DNA of 64,000 bases from Rikenellaceae bacterium (GTDB taxonomy: Bacteria > Bacteroidota > Bacteroidia > Bacteroidales > Rikenellaceae). Positions 29,186 to 38,933 of the stretch are shown one piece after another; the first letter of the stretch is position 1; every line of letters starts with the position of its first letter. The stretch lies in contig SUZV01000003.1 in NCBI GenBank assembly GCA_015059715.1, positions 33,544 through 97,543 on the forward strand, in the 5' to 3' direction. The notes below the pieces were generated by a model, which saw nothing but the letters and a program-made list of their open reading frames with translations, was not told where the DNA came from and did not search any database. A program made the translations under genes and the position numbers.

Positions 29186-29215
29186 ATAACGCTCTTCGGG
29201 GCGTTATTCTTTTGC
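29186..29215 (+). terminator. Rho-independent terminator
   Basis: ATAACGC ... GCGTTAT stem followed by TCTTTTG. Confidence 0.6.
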
Positions 29216-29306
29216 TAATGCTTAAAGTATAACTATTAATAAAAACCGTTGTTGCCTATAGATAGAACGTCGCCTCTAATACTAATTAATTAAAAATATT
29301 ATTGTT

Positions 29307-30782
29307 ATGAAGAGAGACATCATCATCTTTGCTGGCGTTGCCCTACTTTCGGCAATGACCACCGTGGCAACTACACGCCTACTCGATAAAAGCGATACAC
29401 TTGTTAGTCACGACGTTGAAGTTACCGAGAGTGACACACCATTTCGCACCAATCACACCATAGATTCGCGCTTTGCAAGCTCGGTAGTCAGCACCGACTA
29501 CCCCGACCTTACATACGCAGCCGAGAATGCCGTTAAGGCTGTAGTAAACATCGAGGCCAAGGTAGTGGTAGGCTCACAAGCGCAGCACGACCCCTTCTTT
29601 GAGTTCTTCGGCATACCTCAGGGATATGGTCGTCGTGAGGCTAAGGCAGGAGGCTCGGGAGTCATTATCTCGGAAGATGGATATATCGTTACGAACAACC
29701 ACGTCATCGACAACGCCACATCGCTGCGCGTAAAGCTCTACGACGGACGTGTCTTCGATGCTCAGATTATAGGCTCGGACCCTGCAACAGACGTAGCCCT
29801 TATTAAGATTGAGGCTACGGCACTCCCTACGCTACCCTTCGGTTCGTCTGACGAGCTGCGCTTAGGCGAGTGGGTGCTTGCCATTGGCTACCCTATGAAC
29901 CTACAGTCGACAATCACCGCAGGCATAGTCTCAGCTAAAGCTCGCAGCCTCGGGGCTATAGATAGTCGCACGGGCATAGAGTCATTCATCCAGACCGATG
30001 CGGCGGTAAATCCTGGTAACTCGGGAGGTGCTTTGGTCAACACCCGAGGCGAGCTTGTAGGCATAAATACCATCATCAAGACCTCGACAGGTAGCTACGT
30101 GGGCTACTCGTTTGCCGTACCCGAGAGCATCGTGCGCAAGGTTGTTGTCGACCTTAAGGAGTCGGGCGTGGTGCAACGCGCAGTGCTTGGCATCTCGTTC
30201 CGCGCCATCGACCAGCATTTTATCGACGAGGCTGGTGAACTTACGGGTATCAACACCATAGGGGGCATCTACGTTGCCTCGGTAAGCGACGGAGGTGCAG
30301 CCTCGGAGGCTGGCATACGCAAGGGTGATGTCATCCTTCGCTTGGACGGTATCGAGCTTAGCGACAGTGCTGTATTCCTTGAGCAGATAGGCAAGCGTCG
30401 CCCAGGTGATAAGATAAAGCTCGACATTAGGCGTGGCGAGCGCGAGCTTAGCGTAGAGGCTACGCTACAGAATAAGGCGGGCCAGACCTCGCTACTTTCG
30501 AAGGATAGTGTCGATGTCGTAGAGCTTCTCGGTGCTAAGCTGCGTAACGCTCCGAGCGATGTGTGCAGCGAGCTTGACATCAAGGGAGGTGTTCAGGTTA
30601 CAGCCATCGAGGGTGGCGGCCTTTTGGAGCGTTGCCGCGTGCGCAAGGGCTATATCATCACCCATATCAATGACCGTCCAGTATTAAGCATCGACGATAT
30701 TGAGCGCATGACCGACAACGTTAGGTCGATAGATGGCATCTACCCCGATGGTCGCGCTTCGAGCTATACGATAATGCAGTAA
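29307..30782 (+). CDS. htrA: Periplasmic serine endoprotease, HtrA/DegP/DegQ family, two PDZ domains
   Basis: Catalytic motifs TNNHVI, DVALIKI and GNSGGALVN. Two PDZ-like segments follow. Confidence 0.9.
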   Translation: MKRDIIIFAGVALLSAMTTVATTRLLDKSDTLVSHDVEVTESDTPFRTNHTIDSRFASSVVSTDYPDLTYAAENAVKAVVNIEAKVVVGSQAQHDPFFEFFGIPQGYGRREAKAGGSGVIISEDGYIVTNNHVIDNATSLRVKLYDGRVFDAQIIGSDPATDVALIKIEATALPTLPFGSSDELRLGEWVLAIGYPMNLQSTITAGIVSAKARSLGAIDSRTGIESFIQTDAAVNPGNSGGALVNTRGELVGINTIIKTSTGSYVGYSFAVPESIVRKVVVDLKESGVVQRAVLGISFRAIDQHFIDEAGELTGINTIGGIYVASVSDGGAASEAGIRKGDVILRLDGIELSDSAVFLEQIGKRRPGDKIKLDIRRGERELSVEATLQNKAGQTSLLSKDSVDVVELLGAKLRNAPSDVCSELDIKGGVQVTAIEGGGLLERCRVRKGYIITHINDRPVLSIDDIERMTDNVRSIDGIYPDGRASSYTIMQ

Positions 30783-30799
30783 TCTAACGCGAAACGGTA

Positions 30800-30839
30800 G
30801 TGGCGTATGTGGAGAGTCTAAAAGCTCCATATACGCCAC
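30800..30839 (+). terminator. Hairpin terminator after htrA
   Basis: GTGGCGTATGTGGAG / CTCCATATACGCCAC form a 15-bp stem with one G-T wobble position. Confidence 0.55.
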
Positions 30840-31004
30840 TGCTCTGTTTCTATATAACCGCAAAAGAGTAACAGATGCTTGCAGCAGCGGAGAGGGCAGC
30901 CGAGCGTAGCGAGCTATGGACAAACTTCGCTGCCCTCGGCATCTTCGCCACCATATTCAACACCTTGGCCGCACTGACCTACAAAAAGCAGGCGTAGAGA
31001 TTAT

Positions 31005-31634
31005 CTATAGGCTATGAACGTAGAATATCGCCTCGTCAAAGGCCCTACGACTAAGGGCATCGGGCAAGATGAGGAAGTTGGCCATACCCATATCGAAGAA
31101 GCGCAGACCCCACTCCTCACTCTCGTCTAACTGCAACAGCGAGATATGATGTTCATACTCCTCATATTCGTTGTAGAAGGGACGACCGAGTAGTCTATGG
31201 CCGCTATCGCCATCGTCACACGCCTCGAAAATAATAGCCTCGGCAGGTCTGGCTATATCGTTGCCACACTCGTCGACAACGCGGTGCGTGACAAGGTTGT
31301 CACACTCGGGCGCGTACAGCACCCTAAAGCACTCCTTAGGCCACTGGCCCAACCCCTCGCACTCGGCATCGTCGTCGCCTAAGAAGTAATCTATATCGGC
31401 AAAGAAGTAGAGCATGCCGCAATGAGGCAGGCGACACTCGGTGTCATACTTGGCGATATCCTCAAGGCGTATCTGTCCAAGAAACAGAAGCGTAGCCTCT
31501 GCGCCCTGTTCATCCAGGCCCAAATCATCCGAGCAGGGGAAGTCTACACCCTCGGGGAGGTCTGGAGAGCCCCACCAATGGCTCTGAGCATAGAGATTAT
31601 CGTTACTGGGGCGTGTGGTAATGCGTATTGCCAT
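31005..31634 (-). CDS. DUF1963 (YwqG-family) protein
   Basis: SHWWGSPDLPEGVDFP near the N-terminus and LLQLDESEEWGLRFFDMGMANFLI near the C-terminus. Start set at ATG 31634. Confidence 0.7.
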   Translation of the reverse strand: MAIRITTRPSNDNLYAQSHWWGSPDLPEGVDFPCSDDLGLDEQGAEATLLFLGQIRLEDIAKYDTECRLPHCGMLYFFADIDYFLGDDDAECEGLGQWPKECFRVLYAPECDNLVTHRVVDECGNDIARPAEAIIFEACDDGDSGHRLLGRPFYNEYEEYEHHISLLQLDESEEWGLRFFDMGMANFLILPDALSRRAFDEAIFYVHSL

Positions 31635-31659
31635 AATATGCCTAAGGTTTATATAGATA

Positions 31660-32313
31660 TTAGTCAAACATAACACAAGGGTTCATCTGCTGTGGTGTGC
31701 GCCACCTGACACCGCGTCGTTGTAGAGCACTGCGCAGCGCGGACCAATAGCTGAAGCAGAAACCCATACCACGAGGCTCGTCGGCAAGTCTCTCATCGAC
31801 TTCGCGCTGCGCCTCGTCGATGACCTCCTCCCAACGCGCACTCCACTCTACGGGGTCGTGCTGTAGGAAGCCCGACTGCTTGATGCTGCCATAATCGCCA
31901 CGCTCGGCAGCCTCGATATTGCCTCGTAGACGCGACAACTCCTCACCGACATCCTGTAGTACCTCGCCATACTGCTCGCCGCCAAGCTTGTTGAGCACCT
32001 CGATAAGCACCTCGCAAAGCGTAGACTTAAGGCGTGGGCGATAGTCTGTTACAAGGTCGAGCATGCGCTCAATCACCTCGCCCACAACATCAAGGCTACA
32101 ATCTGCATCGACCAACTTGCGGCCATAGGCTATGCATTTACGCGCATATGCTGCAACGCGCCACTCACATGTTTGATTCTCCTTGGCTATCTCGACATAG
32201 CACCTTATAATCTCGGCATAGAGCGCGTAGGCCTCTGCCGATGCAGCATCGCCGAGCTCGGCAATGCGCACCTCAAGTTGAGCAATGGTATTGATATAGT
32301 TAATCTCTGCCAC
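31660..32313 (-). CDS. Hypothetical helical protein (217 aa) with a conserved-looking C-terminal block
   Basis: Strong coding character. C-terminal GMGFCFSYWSALRSALQRRGVRWRTPQQMNPCVMFD. Lies 25 nt upstream of the DUF1963 gene. Confidence 0.55.
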   Translation of the reverse strand: MAEINYINTIAQLEVRIAELGDAASAEAYALYAEIIRCYVEIAKENQTCEWRVAAYARKCIAYGRKLVDADCSLDVVGEVIERMLDLVTDYRPRLKSTLCEVLIEVLNKLGGEQYGEVLQDVGEELSRLRGNIEAAERGDYGSIKQSGFLQHDPVEWSARWEEVIDEAQREVDERLADEPRGMGFCFSYWSALRSALQRRGVRWRTPQQMNPCVMFD

Positions 32314-32390
32314 GATATATGCTTTTTATTTGTTATCTATGATATCTAATTTAGAGTGCCACACACCTATCGTATGTTGTCCCCGACTGC

Positions 32391-32675
32391 CTACTTCTTG
32401 GCTCCTGCAACTACGCCGTAGATAAGGCCGCCGAGGGCAAAGAGGATAGTTAGTATAACGCCATTGCCATAACCAGTAAGCGACCACAGGAAGCCTATCA
32501 TAGCTCCTAATAGTGTCATAACAACCATTCCAAGGACTCCATATACGAAGCAGCGACCAACGGTAGCATTCAACCAATAGAGCAGCGCAGCGACAATGGC
32601 AACACCAAATATAGCACCCACTGCCGCAAGCACCGTAGTAACCGACAACAACGAACCTATCAACAAAATATTCAT
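32391..32675 (-). CDS. Small hydrophobic membrane protein (94 aa, ~3 TM, Gly-rich)
   Basis: MNILLIGSLLSVTTVLAAVGAIFGVAIVAALLYW... Preferred over the overlapping Cys/Trp-rich 140-aa frame. Confidence 0.45.
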   Translation of the reverse strand: MNILLIGSLLSVTTVLAAVGAIFGVAIVAALLYWLNATVGRCFVYGVLGMVVMTLLGAMIGFLWSLTGYGNGVILTILFALGGLIYGVVAGAKK

Positions 32676-33108
32676 ACTCTTTAGATGTGTTAAAGTGGCA
32701 ATATGCCATAACCCTAACAAAGGTAGCAATTAGTTTGCACATATCCAACTATTTATCACACATTCTCACCTCAATCGACTTTTCTGTTTTGGTCGCTTTG
32801 AATCTACTTTGGCATATTTCCCATCCTTGCTCAGTTATAATGCTCGCCTTACACCTATGCAAGAGCCTACAAATCAACTCAATATCAAAATCACCTCCAC
32901 CTAATTTATGGCACCTCACCTCAATCATTTAGCAATAACACTTATCCCAATAGCCTCACCAAACATCACACAACGTTGTTGACTTATAGTCCAAAAACGG
33001 ACAAAATCGCCCCTCTGCAATATCTTGATAATAAAAGTTTTACCCACGACTTCTCAGATTTTATATTAAATTTGGTCCAAATTTATTCGTATTTTAGAAT
33101 AAAATTTA

Positions 33109-33116
33109 TATCTTTG
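33109..33116 (+). promoter_or_regulatory. Putative -7 promoter box for the acyltransferase gene
   Basis: TATCTTTG about 72 nt upstream of ATG 33189. Followed by a CTACTT/AAGTAG leader hairpin. Confidence 0.35.
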
Positions 33117-33188
33117 TGTTTATAACTACAAAACTACTACTTTCGAAGTAGTGCAAAGTGTACTACCCACAAACGAAAAGACAAGCTT

Positions 33189-34559
33189 ATGCAGAAGAAA
33201 CGAACACCCAGAGATCACTCGCTCTTTCTTAAGGCGTTTAGAACATATTTGCAGTATGTCAACTCGGGCCTCTATTTCCGTAAGGAGCACATCATAGGCC
33301 TTGAGAACGTGCCCGTTGATGGCACTCCCGTAGTAGTGGTATCCAACCACCAGAACTGCCTCAACGACCCACTATGCGTATGTCTTAAGCTTACGGATAG
33401 ACGTATGAACTTCTTGGCAAGAGCCAATGTATTCAAGAACCCTATATTCAACAAAGCTCTGCGCGCTATGGGCCTTTTGCCAGCATACCGCATGAGCCAT
33501 GAGGGATTCGGAGCTATAAACAACAACCAAGCAACGCTCGACGCAGCAGGCCAGGCACTTACCGATGGAGAAACGGTGATGCTATACCCCGAGGCGGACC
33601 ACCAGGATAAACGTTGGCTCGGAAACTTCAAGATTGGATACTTGCGCATAGCCTTCGATGCCGCCGAGAAGATGGGATTCGAGACAGATGTGATGATTCT
33701 GCCCTCGTGCAACCACTACTCCAACTACTTCCACGCTCGCACCGATATGCTTATCAAGTTTGGCCAGCCAATATCGCTCAAGCCATACTATGAGCGTTAT
33801 AAGGAGTCGCCACGCGAGGTGATGGTAGAGATTAACCAGATTGTACGTAGCAAGATTCAGGAGATGATGCTCCACGTCGACGACCTTGAGCACTACGACC
33901 AGATAGACTTCCTGCGCGAGACTGGCTACGGACGTAAGTATGCCCAGCAGAATGGCTTCAAGTATAACTACCTTCCATCGCGCCTACTCTCGGACCAGCG
34001 TCTTGTCAACGACCTGCAACGCGCCTACCAGGCCGAGCCCGAGGCTATGGAGGAGGTATACAAGGATGTTAAGTACTTCTCGGAGCAGATACAACGTCTA
34101 AACATCCGCGACTGGCTCTTTATCCACAACCCAGGTATCGAGGCCCTCATCCTACGTGGCTTGGGACTGCTGTTGCTGCTACCTCTATTCCTTATCTCGA
34201 TAATACCTACGGGACTACTCTTCCTCATACCAAAGATATTCCTCAAGGCTCTTATCAAGGACCAGATGTTCGTCAGCTCGTTTAATATCGGCGTGAGCGT
34301 CTTTGTTTCGGTCCCTCTATGCCTTATAATCCCTACCATCCTGTTGTGGATATTTGCAGGCTTCTATTGGGCATTGGGATACTTTGTGGCCTTCCCACTG
34401 ATGTTTATCCTTGCATGGAACTATATGCGTATGTGGCAGAAGTTCAAGGGTTCGTGCAACTACGTTAAGCGAAGTAACCGACAGATTATTAATGAGCTAA
34501 AGTCGCTCCGAAAGAGCATATACGAGAGGCTCGATGCCATAATCTCGAAGCTCTCATAG
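33189..34559 (+). CDS. Lysophospholipid (1-acyl-sn-glycerol-3-phosphate) acyltransferase family protein with a C-terminal membrane domain
   Basis: HX4D motif VVSNHQNCLNDP and a second block LYPEADH. Three to four C-terminal TM helices. Confidence 0.75.
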   Translation: MQKKRTPRDHSLFLKAFRTYLQYVNSGLYFRKEHIIGLENVPVDGTPVVVVSNHQNCLNDPLCVCLKLTDRRMNFLARANVFKNPIFNKALRAMGLLPAYRMSHEGFGAINNNQATLDAAGQALTDGETVMLYPEADHQDKRWLGNFKIGYLRIAFDAAEKMGFETDVMILPSCNHYSNYFHARTDMLIKFGQPISLKPYYERYKESPREVMVEINQIVRSKIQEMMLHVDDLEHYDQIDFLRETGYGRKYAQQNGFKYNYLPSRLLSDQRLVNDLQRAYQAEPEAMEEVYKDVKYFSEQIQRLNIRDWLFIHNPGIEALILRGLGLLLLLPLFLISIIPTGLLFLIPKIFLKALIKDQMFVSSFNIGVSVFVSVPLCLIIPTILLWIFAGFYWALGYFVAFPLMFILAWNYMRMWQKFKGSCNYVKRSNRQIINELKSLRKSIYERLDAIISKLS

Positions 34560-34742
34560 GCACTGCGTAGCGCGATATCCTCCAGCAGAGGGTATTGCCA
34601 GCGCATATAATAGCTTAAAAAAATCGAGGGAGTTTAGAGCATTTAGTGAGAATGGAGATAAACAAGGGAGCTTTTAAACTCCTTAAACTCCATAAGCTCA
34701 TTAAATTCTTTAAACTCCCTCTTTTAACTAATCCCTCACTCT

Positions 34743-35225
34743 CTACGCCCTCTCGTAGATAAGGAAGCTAAATGGCCACTCATACTCCTCGCCACGCTCG
34801 TAACGCTGCTCGGAGATAAGTCTCCACTGCGTGTAGTCTATCTCGGGAAAGAGCGTATCGCCCTCATAGTCACGCTCTACACGTGTTATATACATCCTAT
34901 CGGCAACGCTCAACGCCTCGCGATATATCTGCGCACCACCGATGATAAATATCTCCTCATCGCCCTCGGCCATGGCTATAGCCTCCTCAAGCGAGTGGGC
35001 AGCATAAGCACCCTCAAACTCGCGCTCGGAGCGTGTGATAACTATATTCTTACGCTTGGGCAGTGGCTTAGAGCCTAACGACTCGAAGGTCTTGCGACCC
35101 ATAATCACCGCGTGACCCGATGTAGTGGTGCGGAAGAGACGCATATCCTCCTTAATATGCCATAGCAGGCTATTCTTATCTCCGATAGTGCCATTCTGGG
35201 CTATCGCAACAATTATACTTATCAT
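34743..35225 (-). CDS. folA: Dihydrofolate reductase
   Basis: ISIIVAIAQNGTIGDKNSLLWHI, VIMGRKTFESLG, IFIIGGAQIY. Confidence 0.9.
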   Translation of the reverse strand: MISIIVAIAQNGTIGDKNSLLWHIKEDMRLFRTTTSGHAVIMGRKTFESLGSKPLPKRKNIVITRSEREFEGAYAAHSLEEAIAMAEGDEEIFIIGGAQIYREALSVADRMYITRVERDYEGDTLFPEIDYTQWRLISEQRYERGEEYEWPFSFLIYERA

Positions 35226-35245
35226 ATCCTTATATACTTTTCAAC

Positions 35246-36139
35246 TTAAAACGACAACGGAGCCTTAATGGCTGGATGGGGGTCGTAACCCTCCAACGTA
35301 AAGTCCTCGTAACGATAGTCGAATATCGACCCTACCTCGGGATTAAGGTGCATCGTTGGCAACTTGCGAGGCTCGCGACTGAGCTGCTCACGCGCCTGCT
35401 CCATGTGGTTAAGATAGAGATGAGCATCGCCCAACGTATGGACAAACTCTCCAGGCTCAAGACCACACTCCTTGGCTATCATCATCGTAAGCAGAGCATA
35501 CGAGGCGATATTGAACGGCACACCGAGGAATGTATCGCCACTACGCTGATAGAGCATACACGAGAGCCTACCCTCGGCGACATAGAACTGAAACATCGTA
35601 TGACAGGGTGGAAGGGCCATACTATCTATATCGGCGACATTCCATGCCGAGACTATCATACGGCGCGAGTTAGGATTACTCTTTATCGTATCTATAACCT
35701 GCGAAATCTGGTCTATGCTCTCGCCATTAGGTCGTGGCCAGCTGCGCCACTGGTAGCCATATACATTATTAAGGTCACCAAAGCGATAACCCTCAATAGG
35801 CGACTCGACACCTGCCGCCCCAAGGAAGGTATCTCTATCGACTGGGAGCACACCATTGCGCACACACAACTCGTTGTAGTACCTATAGGCATCGCTATCC
35901 CAGATATGTACACCATTATCGACTAAGTACTTGATGTTGGTATCGCCACGCAAGAACCATAGTAGCTCATATATCACACCTTTGAGGAATAGACGCTTCG
36001 TTGTCAGCAGCGGAAATCCCTCGCTAAGGTCGAAACGCATCTGGTAACCGAAGATGCCTCGTGTGCCTGTGCCCGTTCTATCGCCACGCACAACGCCCTC
36101 ACGGCATATCTTATCGAGTAGGTCAAGATATTGTCTCAT
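35246..36139 (-). CDS. thyA: Thymidylate synthase (ThyA type)
   Basis: [15 protein letters not shown], and the catalytic PPCH in [13 protein letters not shown]. Confidence 0.95.
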   Translation of the reverse strand: MRQYLDLLDKICREGVVRGDRTGTGTRGIFGYQMRFDLSEGFPLLTTKRLFLKGVIYELLWFLRGDTNIKYLVDNGVHIWDSDAYRYYNELCVRNGVLPVDRDTFLGAAGVESPIEGYRFGDLNNVYGYQWRSWPRPNGESIDQISQVIDTIKSNPNSRRMIVSAWNVADIDSMALPPCHTMFQFYVAEGRLSCMLYQRSGDTFLGVPFNIASYALLTMMIAKECGLEPGEFVHTLGDAHLYLNHMEQAREQLSREPRKLPTMHLNPEVGSIFDYRYEDFTLEGYDPHPAIKAPLSF

Positions 36140-36884
36140 CTATATCGAAAGTTTTAAGCGTTAGCACATTATCATCGCCCAAAGCTGCATATGTAGCCTT
36201 ATCTTGCGACCAGTCGCTAAGAAATAGCACATCCAAACCTGTGGCATCGGCATAGCGATACGGAAGGTGCATGTGTCCAAAGATGTAGGCCACAACATCC
36301 CCATTATCGTTACGGTGCTTACGCGCATAGTCGACCAGGTAGTCGAGCCTATCGGCCGTAATCTGCTCTGCACCGTGCGACTTACGCGACTTACCACTCC
36401 ACCAACGTCCGAACTTCAGTGCCAAGTCAGGGTGTACAAGCCAGCTAAAGAGCCATCGCGCCACACGCGAGCGAAACGTAGTATTCATAAGCTTAAGCAG
36501 CCAGTTACCCTTGATATTCATATTATCGCCATGCGCAAGGTGAAGCTTTAGGCCACCGACACTCTCTATGCGGGGGCTCTTAACTATCTCGATACGACAC
36601 TCGCGCTCGAAGTAGTCGTAGCACCACATATCATGATTTCCCGTATAGAACGTTATGCGCACGCCTCTGTCCGAGAGCTCTGCGAGACGGCCTAAGCTTC
36701 GGACGAAACCCTGTGGCACTACCCTATGGTACTCAAACCAGAAGTCGAAGATGTCGCCCAAGAGATATATGTGCGTAGCATCCTTACCGACAGTGTCGAG
36801 CCAGCGACAGAAAGCCTGCTCGGTGCGCTGCGCCTGAGTGCTATCTCCTGCACCGAGGTGTATGTCCGATACGAAATATATCAT
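36123..36884 (-). CDS. lpxH: UDP-2,3-diacylglucosamine diphosphatase (calcineurin-like metallophosphoesterase)
   Basis: [33 protein letters not shown] 36884 preferred over the TTG at 36890. Confidence 0.75.
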   Translation of the reverse strand: MIYFVSDIHLGAGDSTQAQRTEQAFCRWLDTVGKDATHIYLLGDIFDFWFEYHRVVPQGFVRSLGRLAELSDRGVRITFYTGNHDMWCYDYFERECRIEIVKSPRIESVGGLKLHLAHGDNMNIKGNWLLKLMNTTFRSRVARWLFSWLVHPDLALKFGRWWSGKSRKSHGAEQITADRLDYLVDYARKHRNDNGDVVAYIFGHMHLPYRYADATGLDVLFLSDWSQDKATYAALGDDNVLTLKTFDIDETIS

Positions 36885-36904
36885 CTGCAAGAGCTATAAG
36901 GGTA

Positions 36905-38044
36905 CTACAAGCGACGCTTTATCTCACGCTCCAACTCCGACATTGAGAGGGATGTGTGGTTAATATTACCCTCTCTATCGATGATATAGGCCATAGGCAG
37001 CTGCTGAACATTGAAGAGCGTAAAGACATCAGGATTAGCACCTCCGAATACCGATATCCAGGGGTGACCCTGCTGGCGCACAGCCTCAATCCACTGTGCA
37101 ATATCGCCATCGGCCGAGACGTGGTAGACCTCGAAACCCTTATCGTTATACCTCTCGTAGAGGGCCTTGAGCTCGGCGTTGATATTGTTACATAGTGCGC
37201 TCTCCGAGAGCCAGAAGTAGAGCAGCACCACCTTACCATCCAACTCCGAGAGCTTATGGCTCTTCTTATATATATCCTCAAGCTCTATCTCGGGATGCGA
37301 GGCCAGCTCGACACGATTTGCCAAATCGCTTATCGCCTCGGCATCGGCAATCTCACGCTCCAAGATGGCGATGTATGGCGAGTCGGGATAACGCTCCATA
37401 AGTCCCTCAAGCACTGTGCGATAGTGTACTATGTTGATACCATATCCATCGAGTTGGGGGATAAACTGCTCGGCAATGCTATGACGCAGGGCATAGAAGG
37501 CGGCTAAGCGGTCGCGATTGGCTGCCACGAAGCGCACCTGAGACTTCATAGCCTCCTGAGCTGCGTGGTAGGCATCGGCCTTGGTATAGTTACGCTGCGT
37601 AGAGAGGTTCTCGGCTATGAGAGCAAGGCGGTCACACACAGCAAAATAGTCGTGATTAAACTCACATATCAGGGCCGACTCCTCCGAGCCCTCAACCTCG
37701 TAGTTAAGGAATACATCGCCAGCCGATTCGAGGCGTATATTGTCACCTGGGGCGACAACCAACGTCACAGGGCGACGATTATTCGGGAACGTCAGCTTGT
37801 AGAAGCGTGGCGAGGCACTCTCGTCGATAGCCAAGGCGAAGCTAAAGCTACCATTATCAGATAGCGCGACAGAGGCCACCCTCTCGGGCTTAGCGAAGTT
37901 ATCCGATACACGTTCAAGATATACCGAGTCGATATTTGCACCGACGAAACGTCCCGATATGGTTGTATTCTCACTAATTGTCTTCTCGCCACACGATATA
38001 GCAAGTGTTGCGATGGCTACGAGTGCGAAAAATAATCTCTTCAT
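36905..38044 (-). CDS. TlpA/AhpC-like thioredoxin-fold lipoprotein with an N-terminal DUF4369-like domain; active site is SxxC rather than CxxC
   Basis: Lipobox LAISC. Thioredoxin-fold block GKVVLLYFWLSESALCNNINAEL, where the canonical form is W-C-x-x-C. Confidence 0.7.
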   Translation of the reverse strand: MKRLFFALVAIATLAISCGEKTISENTTISGRFVGANIDSVYLERVSDNFAKPERVASVALSDNGSFSFALAIDESASPRFYKLTFPNNRRPVTLVVAPGDNIRLESAGDVFLNYEVEGSEESALICEFNHDYFAVCDRLALIAENLSTQRNYTKADAYHAAQEAMKSQVRFVAANRDRLAAFYALRHSIAEQFIPQLDGYGINIVHYRTVLEGLMERYPDSPYIAILEREIADAEAISDLANRVELASHPEIELEDIYKKSHKLSELDGKVVLLYFWLSESALCNNINAELKALYERYNDKGFEVYHVSADGDIAQWIEAVRQQGHPWISVFGGANPDVFTLFNVQQLPMAYIIDREGNINHTSLSMSELEREIKRRL

Positions 38045-38107
38045 TATCTATGGTTATATCAATGTCAAAACTATCAATAAAACTCTTGGCGGGCGACACA
38101 TCTGTAA

Positions 38108-38770
38108 CTAACGATGTGGCTGGTGACGTTGCTGTCCCTTCTGCATCTTCTGCATCTTACGGCCATTGCTGCGCTGCATCTTACCACGTTTCTGCATACG
38201 TTGCTGCACACCTGGGCGATACTCGCTACGCATATAGCTTACCGCCGAGAGGTCTATATCGGCCTGGCCACCTGCCATAATACGTATATCGCGTATAATA
38301 GAGTCGTTGTTGGGGTGCTCGCAATTAAACTCATAGCTCTTCGAGCGCATATATCGTGCGATGTTTATCACCTCGTCGGTGACGCGCTCGGGGTTATGCT
38401 CCGAGGCTACGGCACGAATAAAACGCTGCGCATACTTACCATAGTGCTTAAATGTTATCCTTGTCTGTGGATATGGCATCTTTTGTGGTACTATGGTTAA
38501 ATCTTGGCGCGAAGGTTGCGAGTATGGAGAATCGACATCCAACTGAAAATCGGACATTATAAAGAGGTGGTCCCAAAGTTTATGTTTAAAGTCCTCGGTA
38601 TCGCGCAGCGTAGGGTTGAGGTTACCCATAACGGCTATCACTGCCTTAGCCTGACGTGTGCGCTCTGCTCTATCCTCGATTTGAAGGAGCGAATCAACCA
38701 TCTCGTGTATGTGACGACCATACTCTGGCAGAAAGAGTTTGCGTCGCGTATAGTTGTAATTTTTTCTCAT
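38108..38770 (-). CDS. DUF4290 domain protein
   Basis: KLFLPEYGRHIHEMVDSLLQIEDRAERTRQAKAVIAVMGNLNPTLRDTEDFKHKLWDHLFIMSDF. Lys/Gln/Arg-rich tail. Confidence 0.75.
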   Translation of the reverse strand: MRKNYNYTRRKLFLPEYGRHIHEMVDSLLQIEDRAERTRQAKAVIAVMGNLNPTLRDTEDFKHKLWDHLFIMSDFQLDVDSPYSQPSRQDLTIVPQKMPYPQTRITFKHYGKYAQRFIRAVASEHNPERVTDEVINIARYMRSKSYEFNCEHPNNDSIIRDIRIMAGGQADIDLSAVSYMRSEYRPGVQQRMQKRGKMQRSNGRKMQKMQKGQQRHQPHR

Positions 38771-38933
38771 TGCTATGGTTTTAATTCACAAAAAGGTCAT
38801 TTGTATATTGGAGATAAGTCACACCTCTCTCTTCTCTTGCCACTCTCGTTTAAAGATGTAATCTTTAACACTGCAAAAGTATGTGTCGACTTCAACCCAC
38901 AAAGTAACTAAAAAATATTAACATAAACAAACT

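Noticed and set aside
30684-30923. 79-aa minus-strand ORF overlapping the htrA 3' end and its terminator
   Set aside because: It overlaps the htrA coding sequence and the terminator hairpin, with no protein-like features.
32326-32748. 140-aa Cys/Trp-rich ORF overlapping the small membrane-protein gene
   Set aside because: This alternative frame of the same strand has an implausible composition (many C/W/R/Y). The 94-aa hydrophobic frame starting at ATG 32675 is more protein-like.
35276-35926. 216-aa plus-strand ORF (likewise 49083..49766, 13621..14097, 45247..45669, 46348..46902)
   Set aside because: All are antisense shadows of highly recognisable housekeeping genes (thyA, fabF, buk, glyQS).
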